In this document: positions 57,845 through 64,000 of the stretch, piece by piece | Position numbering within the stretch: position 1 is the first letter of the stretch | Layout of the letters: the number at the start of each line of letters is the position of its first letter | Assembly (NCBI GenBank): GCA_021287075.1 | Contig: JAJTBD010000007.1 | Span: forward strand, 29,498-93,497 | Source of the DNA: Micrococcales bacterium | Lineage (GTDB): Bacteria > Actinomycetota > Actinomycetes > Actinomycetales > Dermatophilaceae | Length of the DNA stretch: 64,000 nt | Reading direction: 5' to 3' | Translations under genes and position numbers: made by a program | Notes under the pieces: model-generated | Seen by the model: only the letters and a program-made list of their open reading frames with translations | The model's database searches: none | Told to the model about the DNA's origin: nothing

Positions 57845-58312
57845 ATGAACCTGTTCGCCGACACCCCGTGGCTCGCCTGGGTCGCCCTGGCGCTGATCCT
57901 GGCCGCCATCGAGGTCGCCAGCGTCGACTTCGTCTTCCTGATGCTCGCCGGAGGCGCCCTCGCCGGCGCCCTCGCGGCCGGGCTAGGTGCCGGGGTCACC
58001 GTGCAGGTGATCGCCGCAGTGGTCTCCGCGGCACTCCTGCTCGGCCTCGTGCGCCCGGTCATCCGGCGCCGGTTCATGGCCGGCGAGGCCGACCACGGGA
58101 TCGGCTATGGCGCGCTCGTGGGCCAGCGGGCCCAGGTGCTCCAGCCCGTCAGCGAGACCGACGGGCGAGTCAAACTGGCCGGGGAGACCTGGTCGGCGCG
58201 CATCCAGCCGGGGGATGCGCCCTGTCAGCCGGGCCAGGAGGTCCGGGTCGTTGGTATCGAGGGGGCCACGGCGATCGTCACCGGCATCGTCGCGGACCAG
58301 ATTGAGAGCTGA
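57845..58312 (+). CDS. NfeD family membrane protein
   Basis: 155-aa ORF with three N-terminal hydrophobic helices and a C-terminal OB-like soluble domain (GRVKLAGETWSAR). It lies immediately upstream of an SPFH gene. TAGGGT at 57805-57810 is a -10 candidate. Confidence 0.8.
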   Translation: MNLFADTPWLAWVALALILAAIEVASVDFVFLMLAGGALAGALAAGLGAGVTVQVIAAVVSAALLLGLVRPVIRRRFMAGEADHGIGYGALVGQRAQVLQPVSETDGRVKLAGETWSARIQPGDAPCQPGQEVRVVGIEGATAIVTGIVADQIES

Positions 58313-58315
58313 GCA

Positions 58316-59524
58316 ATGGAAGCCCTGATCGTCCTGGGCCTGCTGGTCCTGTTCGCGGTCATCGTCATCATGCGGACGATCAAGATCGTCCCGCAGCAGA
58401 CCTCACTGATCATCGAGCGGCTCGGCCGCTACTCGCGCACCCTCGAGGGCGGCATCCACTTCCTGGTGCCCTTCGTCGACAAGGTCCGCGCCAACATCGA
58501 CCTGCGTGAGCAGGTCGTCTCCTTCCCGCCCCAGCCCGTGATCACCAGCGACAACCTCGTCGTCAACATCGACACGGTCATCTACTACTCCGTCATCGAC
58601 GCCAAGTCGGCCGTCTACGAGATCGCCAACTTCATCCAGGGCATCGAGCAGCTGACCGTCACCACGCTCCGCAATGTCATCGGCTCGCTCGACCTCGAGC
58701 AGACCCTGACCTCGCGTGACCAGATCAACGCCCAGCTGCGCGGCGTCCTTGACGAGGCGACCGGCAAGTGGGGCATCCGCGTCAACCGTGTCGAGCTCAA
58801 GGCCATCGACCCGCCCATGTCGGTGCAGGAGTCGATGGAGAAGCAGATGAAGGCCGAGCGGGACCGCCGCGCCGCCATCCTCAACGCCGAGGGCATCAAG
58901 CAGTCCAACATCCTCACCGCCGAGGGCGAGAAGCAGAGCCAGATCCTGCGTGCCGAGGGCTCGGCCCAGGCCCGCATCCTCGAGGCCCAGGGCCAGGCCC
59001 GCGCGATCCAGCAGGTCTTCGACGCGATCCACCGGGGCAAGCCGACCCAGAAGCTGCTGGCCTACCAGTACCTCCAGGTGCTGCCGCAGATCGCCCGCGG
59101 CGACTCCAACAAGATGTGGATCGTGCCGTCGGAGCTGACCGACGCGCTGCGCAACATCGGCGGGTCGCTCGGCTCGCAGGTCACCCCGTCCGGCTCCGAC
59201 GACGACGACCAGTGGGTCGACCCGGGCCCCGACGAGAACGCCTTCGCCGACACCGCGCTGGAGGACCCGGCCAAGGCCCTGGCCGAGGCCCGCGGCCAGG
59301 TCGACCAGGCCACCAGCGAGGCCACCGAGCACACCCAGCCGGCGTCTCGCGCCGGCGGGCTGCGGACCACCGCGCCGGCCACCCAGGAGATCGAGGCCGA
59401 CAGCCGCCCGGCCATGCCGACGGTCGAGCCGCCGCAGGTGCAGCAGCCGGTCATCGACCAGCCCCTCGAGCCGCCCGCACCGGGTGCCTCCGCACCCGAG
59501 CAGGAGCCGCCCCGCCAGGGCTGA
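58316..59524 (+). CDS. SPFH/Band 7 (stomatin-like) protein with a long acidic/Pro-rich C-terminal tail
   Basis: N-terminal transmembrane helix, SPFH core (IIERLGRYSRTLEGGIHFLVPFVDKV...), a coiled-coil AE/AQ-rich segment, then a ~110-aa low-complexity tail. Confidence 0.9.
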   Translation: MEALIVLGLLVLFAVIVIMRTIKIVPQQTSLIIERLGRYSRTLEGGIHFLVPFVDKVRANIDLREQVVSFPPQPVITSDNLVVNIDTVIYYSVIDAKSAVYEIANFIQGIEQLTVTTLRNVIGSLDLEQTLTSRDQINAQLRGVLDEATGKWGIRVNRVELKAIDPPMSVQESMEKQMKAERDRRAAILNAEGIKQSNILTAEGEKQSQILRAEGSAQARILEAQGQARAIQQVFDAIHRGKPTQKLLAYQYLQVLPQIARGDSNKMWIVPSELTDALRNIGGSLGSQVTPSGSDDDDQWVDPGPDENAFADTALEDPAKALAEARGQVDQATSEATEHTQPASRAGGLRTTAPATQEIEADSRPAMPTVEPPQVQQPVIDQPLEPPAPGASAPEQEPPRQG

Positions 59525-59547
59525 TCCCACGCCACACCGCACCACGA

Positions 59548-59582
59548 GGTATGCCGCGCGCCGACCGGGCGCGCGGCATACC
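59548..59582 (+). terminator. Perfect 15-bp-arm hairpin made of an inverted GTATGCCGCG pair, after the SPFH gene
   Basis: GGTATGCCGCGCGCC-gaccg-GGCGCGCGGCATACC, 24 nt after the stop at 59524. Confidence 0.7.
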
Positions 59583-59621
59583 CGCATCTGGGGCCGGGGG
59601 AGTCGGCGCCGCGTGGTCCCG

Positions 59622-59627
59622 TAGGGT
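59622..59627 (+). promoter_or_regulatory. -10 element TAGGGT 6 nt before the GTG of the first TauE gene (leaderless candidate)
   Basis: TAGGGT-gaccgg-GTG(59634). Confidence 0.4.
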
Positions 59628-59633
59628 GACCGG

Positions 59634-60404
59634 GTGTCCGTCCTCGAAGCCGCCCTGATCATCCTCGCGGGCATGGCTGCCGGCACGATCAACACGATCG
59701 TGGGCTCGGGCACGCTGATCACCTTCCCGACTCTGCTGTTCTTCGGCTATCCGGCGGTGACGGCCAATGTGTCCAACACGATCGGGCTGGTCTTCGGCGG
59801 CCTGACGGGTGTGGCGGGCTATCGCAAGGAGCTCGTGGGGCAGGGACCGACGCTGCGCCGGCTGGTGCCCATGTCGCTGGTCGGGGCGACGATCGGGGCG
59901 CTGCTGCTGCTCGTCCTGCCGCCGGAGGCCTTCAACGCGATCGTGCCCGTGCTGATCCTGCTCGGCATCCTGCTGGTCATCTTCGGCAAGCGGATCCAGC
60001 GCTGGGCGGCCGCGCACCACACCGAGGACGGGGCGCCCTCCTGGCACCTGCCCGTGATGATGGGCGGGGTGCTGCTCGCCGGGGTTTACGGCGGTTACTT
60101 CGGCGCGGCCCAGGGCGTCATCCTCATGGGCCTGATGTCGAGCCTGAGCACCCTGCCGCTCCAGAGCCTCAACGGCATCAAGAACGTCCTGGCCACCGTC
60201 GCCAACGCCGTCGCCGCCGTCATCTTCATCGTCGTCGCCCGCGACCAGGTCGACTGGGCCGTCGCCGGTCTCATCGCGGTCGGCGCCATCATGGGCGGCG
60301 TCATCGGGTCGACCGTCGGCCGGCGCCTGCCGCCCAATGTGCTGCGCGCAGTGATCGTCGTCGTGGGCGTCGTCGCCATCGTCAAGCAGGTCCTCTTCCC
60401 GTGA
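59634..60404 (+). CDS. TauE/SafE family sulfite-exporter-like permease
   Basis: 256-aa polytopic ORF with AGTINTIVGSG and GGYFGAAQG motifs typical of the family. Confidence 0.82.
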   Translation: MSVLEAALIILAGMAAGTINTIVGSGTLITFPTLLFFGYPAVTANVSNTIGLVFGGLTGVAGYRKELVGQGPTLRRLVPMSLVGATIGALLLLVLPPEAFNAIVPVLILLGILLVIFGKRIQRWAAAHHTEDGAPSWHLPVMMGGVLLAGVYGGYFGAAQGVILMGLMSSLSTLPLQSLNGIKNVLATVANAVAAVIFIVVARDQVDWAVAGLIAVGAIMGGVIGSTVGRRLPPNVLRAVIVVVGVVAIVKQVLFP

Positions 60405-61123
60405 CGAGCCTGGCCACGGTGCTGCTGCTGGGGCTGGCGCTGTTCGCCGGGTCCTTCGTGCAGTCCTCGATCGGCTTCGGGATGGCCATCGTGGCGGCGC
60501 CCTTTGTCGTGCTCGCCGCGCCGGAGCTGATGCCGGGAGCGCTGCTGGTCACCACGCTCTCGCTGCCGGTGGTCACCCTCGCCCACGGCCCCCGCGACAT
60601 CGCCTGGCACCCGCTGGGCTGGGCGCTGGCGGCCCGGCTGGTCACCATGCCCCTCGGGGTGGCCGCGGTCGCGATGCTCTCGACCCGGCTGATCAGTGCC
60701 CTCGTCGGCGTGCTCATCCTGATCACCGCGGTGGCGTCGGTGACCACCCTCGACATCCGCCCCACCCGGGGCGCAGCGGTGGCGGCGGGCGCCGTCGCCG
60801 GGGTCTCGGGCACCGCGGCCTCCATCGGCGGGCCCTTCCTGGCCCTGATGCTCCAGCGCGAGTCGCCCGCCCGGCAGCGCGCGAGCCTGGCCGTCTTCCT
60901 CGCCGTCGGCGGGCTCATGGCCCTGGCCGGCCTTGCCGTGGCCGGTCAGTTCCACTGGCAGCAGGCACGTGCGGGCCTGACCTGGCTGCCCTTCATCGCG
61001 GCGGGGTATGCCGCGGCAGCCCCGGCCCGCGCGCACCTCGACCAGGGGCGGATGCAGCGCGTCGTCGCGGCATTCTGCGTCGTCGCCAGCCTCAGTGTGA
61101 TCGCCCGGGCGCTCTTCTCCTAG
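60401..61123 (+). CDS. Second TauE/SafE-like permease
   Basis: 240-aa polytopic ORF with an FVQSSIGFGMA motif. It overlaps the preceding stop by 4 nt. Confidence 0.75.
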   Translation: MTSLATVLLLGLALFAGSFVQSSIGFGMAIVAAPFVVLAAPELMPGALLVTTLSLPVVTLAHGPRDIAWHPLGWALAARLVTMPLGVAAVAMLSTRLISALVGVLILITAVASVTTLDIRPTRGAAVAAGAVAGVSGTAASIGGPFLALMLQRESPARQRASLAVFLAVGGLMALAGLAVAGQFHWQQARAGLTWLPFIAAGYAAAAPARAHLDQGRMQRVVAAFCVVASLSVIARALFS

Positions 61124-61132
61124 CCTTGGTCG

Positions 61133-61951
61133 GTGCCCACGACCATCACCGACCCGACCGATGAGCGCCTCGCCGACTTCGTCGCCCTGACCGACGTGTC
61201 CCTGCGCCGTCGCACCGAGCCCGAGCGCGGGCTCTACATCGCCGAGAGCGAGAAGGTCATCCGCCGGGCCCTGGCGGCCGGTCACCGGCCGCGCGCCTAT
61301 CTCATGGCCGAGCGGTGGCTGAGCGACCTCGCCGACCTCGTCGAGGGCGCCGAGGCCGATGGCGTGCCGGTCTATGTCGGCGCGCACGACGTGATCGAGC
61401 AGCTGACCGGCTTCCACCTGCACAGGGGAGCGCTGGCCTCGATGCAGCGGCCCGAGCTGCCCTCCCTGGCGGACCTGCTCAGCGACGCCCGTCGGGTGCT
61501 CGTCCTGGAGGACATCGTCGACCACACCAATGTGGGCGCGGTCTTCCGCAGCGCGGCGGCGCTGGGTGTCGACGCGGTGCTCGTGACGCCCCGGTGCGCA
61601 GACCCGCTCTATCGCAGGTCGATCCGCGTCTCGATGGGCACCGTCTTCCAGGTGCCCTGGACCCGCATCGACCCGTGGCCGGGCGGCGTCGCGCAGCTGC
61701 GCGAGCTCGGCTTCACCGTCGCCGCGCTGGCCCTCTCGGACGACTCGGTCACCCTCGACGAGCTCGCCGCCGCCGCGCCCGAGCGGCTGGCGCTGGTGCT
61801 GGGCACCGAGGGCGACGGGCTGTCGGCGCACACCGTGGCGGCCGCCGACCTGGTCGTGCGGATCCCGATGGCCGGGGGAGTCGACTCCCTCAACGTTGCC
61901 GCTGCCGGTGCGCTCGCGGCATACGTCCTCTCACCCGAGCGGCTCCGCTGA
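61133..61951 (+). CDS. TrmH/SpoU family RNA 2-prime-O-methyltransferase
   Basis: LVLEDIVDHTNVGAVFRSAAALG, LVLGTEGDGLS and PMAGGVDSLNVAAAGA are the three SpoU motifs. Confidence 0.85.
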   Translation: MPTTITDPTDERLADFVALTDVSLRRRTEPERGLYIAESEKVIRRALAAGHRPRAYLMAERWLSDLADLVEGAEADGVPVYVGAHDVIEQLTGFHLHRGALASMQRPELPSLADLLSDARRVLVLEDIVDHTNVGAVFRSAAALGVDAVLVTPRCADPLYRRSIRVSMGTVFQVPWTRIDPWPGGVAQLRELGFTVAALALSDDSVTLDELAAAAPERLALVLGTEGDGLSAHTVAAADLVVRIPMAGGVDSLNVAAAGALAAYVLSPERLR

Positions 61952-62696
61952 CCCGAGGGCCCGCGCGAAGAGGGCTCGCAGCTCGGCGAAGTGCCGCTCC
62001 GTGGCCTCGGCGTGGAACATCGGGGTGTCGCTCATCGTGTAGCCGTGGGCGGCGCCGGGATAGATCTCGTTGCTGGCGCTGAGCCCGGCCGCGCGCAGCG
62101 CCCTCCCGAGCTCGGCCACATCGTCAGGGCTCATCGACGCGTCCTGGTCGGCGTGACCGAAGACGAACTCCGCTGTGGCGGAGGCGATCCCACGATGGGG
62201 GCTGTCCGGGGCGTCGGTGGCCAGCCGGCCCCCATGGAAGCCCCCGCACGCGGCCACCAGGTCGGGACGCTCGCACGCGGCATACACCGCCAGGCGAGCG
62301 CCCATGCAGTAGCCGGTCACGCCGAGCGGCCCGGCGGCGACCGCGGGCCGCTCGCGCAGCGCCTCGAGATATGCCGCGGCGTCGGCCCGCATGCGCGATG
62401 CCGTCAGCGCGCTCACCCTCGACATCGCGCCGCGCATGAAGGCCTCGCGGGCACCCGGCTCGTGCAGGTCGCCGGTCGGCCGCGTCTCGGCGGCAGTGCC
62501 GCTGCGATAGAGCGTGTTGGGCGCGAGCACCACATAGCCCCAGGAGGCGATACGCGTCGCCATCTCCTCGATGCGAGGGCGCAGGCCGATGGCGTCGATG
62601 CACAGCAGCACGCCCGGCCAGGGCCCCCCCGCCCTCCGGGGGCCGCACAAGGGCCGCCTCGGCCACTCCGTCGGCCGCGGCGACCCGCAGCGTCAC
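61931..62696 (-). pseudogene. Dienelactone hydrolase family gene with a +1 frame break in a homopolymer (pseudogene, or an assembly indel)
   Basis: GTG 62696 opens [24 protein letters not shown]. The hydrolase body (PWPGVLLCIDAIGLRP...GYCMGARL...) continues in another frame after the C7 run at 62624-62630 (G7 on the coding strand). Removing one base fuses them. Confidence 0.65.
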
Positions 62697-63244
62697 CCGG
62701 CGACCTGGTAGTTGCCGGTCACGGTCGCGCGGCCGATCGTGTGGGCGCCGGTGTTGAAGGCGGCCACGGCCGCGCTGACCGAGTCGTCGACGCCCATGTC
62801 GTCGGTGTCGAGGGCGTGCACCGCGAAGATGTAGCGGTGCGGGCGGTCGCCTGCGGGAGGGGCCGCGCCGCCGAAACCCTTGTAGCCGTAGTCGTTCACG
62901 ACATGGAAGGCGCCGTCTGGCAGCGCTGCGCCGTCCTTGGCGCCGGCGCCCTCGGAGAGCTCGGTGACGTCGGCCGGGATGCCGATGACGGTCCAGTGCC
63001 AGAAGCCGGAGGGGGTGGGGGCGTCGGGGTCGAAGCAGGTCACGGCATACCCCTTGGTGCCCTCGGGGGCGCCGCTCCAGGACAGCTGCGGGGAGGTGTT
63101 GCCGCCGGTCATGCCCCAGTCGTCGAAGGCCTGGGCGTCGGGCAGGTCGCCGCCGTCGTCGAACGAGTCGCTCGTGACAGCGAACGCCTCGACCGGGGGG
63201 AGCAGGTCATAGGGGTTGGGTGCGACGGGTCGTTCAAGGCTCAT
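62693..63244 (-). CDS. YbhB/YbcL family PEBP (Raf kinase inhibitor-like) protein
   Basis: 183-aa ORF with [15 protein letters not shown] and [14 protein letters not shown] motifs. Confidence 0.85.
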   Translation of the reverse strand: MSLERPVAPNPYDLLPPVEAFAVTSDSFDDGGDLPDAQAFDDWGMTGGNTSPQLSWSGAPEGTKGYAVTCFDPDAPTPSGFWHWTVIGIPADVTELSEGAGAKDGAALPDGAFHVVNDYGYKGFGGAAPPAGDRPHRYIFAVHALDTDDMGVDDSVSAAVAAFNTGAHTIGRATVTGNYQVAG

Positions 63245-63253
63245 GCCTCGACA

Positions 63254-63655
63254 CTAGCGACTGTGGGCCTGCCCGTGGGCGAGTCGCTGCGCCAGGTCGA
63301 CGGCCTCGGCGCGGGGGTCGGGCGCGACGCCGCCGTGCACCGGGCCCGGCTGGATCACCGTCGAGCGCGGCGCCGACAGCCAGCCGAAGGCAGCGCCCCG
63401 GTCACGCAGACCGCGGGCCGCGCCGCCCTCGTCGACCGTGCGCACCAGCGCGCGGATCCCGTCGAGGACCTCCTCGGCGCAGTCCACGTCGAGGGAGGGG
63501 AATGCCGCGTGCAGCCGGTCGTGGTCGAGCCCGGCCTCCAGCACGAGGACATCGGCGCTCTGGCTGTAGACGACGACGCCGACGTTGAGGAACTCCTCAC
63601 GGTCGACACGGGGGACACAGCGCAGCACGACGTACTGGTAGGGGTGGGCGCTCAT
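63254..63655 (-). CDS. DUF3037 domain protein
   Basis: The ATG at 63655 gives MSAHPYQYVVLRCVPRVDREEFLNVGVVVYS, which matches my memory of the DUF3037 N-terminus. The ATG overlaps the stop of the upstream kinase-fold gene (ATGA). Confidence 0.7.
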   Translation of the reverse strand: MSAHPYQYVVLRCVPRVDREEFLNVGVVVYSQSADVLVLEAGLDHDRLHAAFPSLDVDCAEEVLDGIRALVRTVDEGGAARGLRDRGAAFGWLSAPRSTVIQPGPVHGGVAPDPRAEAVDLAQRLAHGQAHSR

Positions 63656-64000
63656 CGCGGCGCCTCCGGCAGCCATGCCTCGGGGGTCGCCAGACGGGCC
63701 AGCAGCATGTCGGCATAGACGGCGCGCACCTCGGCGGGGGTGGCATGCCCGACCGCCGGCTCGATCCACTCGTCGGGGACGTCGGCGAGGATCTCGGCGA
63801 TCGCCTCGCGGGTGACCAGCGGGGACAGCCGCTCGTGGGTGGCCGGCAGGGCCACCGCGTGCTCGAGCATCACGTGGTCGGAGGCGTCGAAACGCTGTGC
63901 GGCGAAGCGCTCCGGGGACGGCGCCTTGGACGGCCAGGAGTGGTGGAAGTAGAGCGAGGCGCCGTGGTCGATGGCCCATGTAGTGCGGTGCCAGACAAGG
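63652..64000 (-). CDS. C-terminal fragment of a kinase-fold protein (HipA-family-like), running off the window end
   Basis: The reverse frame is open to the window edge: ...LVWHRTTWAIDHGASLYFHHSW...MLEHAVALPATHERL.... The IDHG segment resembles a catalytic loop, and a partnership with DUF3037 is what I recall from annotations. Confidence 0.45.
   Translation of the reverse strand, partial: LVWHRTTWAIDHGASLYFHHSWPSKAPSPERFAAQRFDASDHVMLEHAVALPATHERLSPLVTREAIAEILADVPDEWIEPAVGHATPAEVRAVYADMLLARLATPEAWLPEAPR

Overview
High-GC actinobacterial chromosomal segment, almost wall-to-wall conserved housekeeping genes. Gene order resembles the Mycobacterium tuberculosis Rv1420-Rv1466 neighbourhood. Left to right: partial MBL hydrolase; uvrA; GNAT; livFGMH plus a binding lipoprotein (minus strand); a Tat-lipoprotein Rieske protein; uvrC-rapZ-yvcK-whiA; gap-pgk-tpiA; secG; rbpA; the pentose-phosphate operon tkt-tal-pgi-zwf-opcA-pgl (minus strand); ctaB; a four-gene block (serine hydrolase, TetR, MFS, ArsR-like); ctaA; an ABC-2 exporter; sufR-sufBD-Rieske-sufCSUT; an acVLRF1-like gene; a YpfJ-type zinc peptidase; an ABC-F ATPase; a TrpB-like enzyme; an MsbA-like ABC exporter; SURF1; a small Cys protein with DUF3099; fabG-inhA; serB; glgC and glgA; one hypothetical; an orphan ABC ATPase; NfeD-SPFH; two TauE/SafE permeases; a TrmH methyltransferase; a frameshifted dienelactone hydrolase; a PEBP protein; and DUF3037 with a kinase-fold fragment at the right edge. 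I saw no rRNA, tRNA, CRISPR array, transposase or prophage genes. The most unusual signal is at DNA level, not gene level. The 10-mer GTATGCCGCG occurs about 30 times, against roughly one expected. It is found in both orientations, inside genes and in spacers. Synonymous codon choice appears bent to spell it, and inverted pairs of it form perfect terminator-like hairpins. This resembles the statistics of DNA uptake sequences, but the function is unknown. Other observations: a two-copy ~90-bp hairpin element in two convergent spacers; RecA-NDp (PafBC-type) promoter motifs with leaderless starts at uvrA and uvrC; a recurrent TAGGGT-N6-start leaderless architecture; and a homopolymer frameshift in the hydrolase gene. 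All counts and coordinates were made by eye from the sequence and need recomputation.
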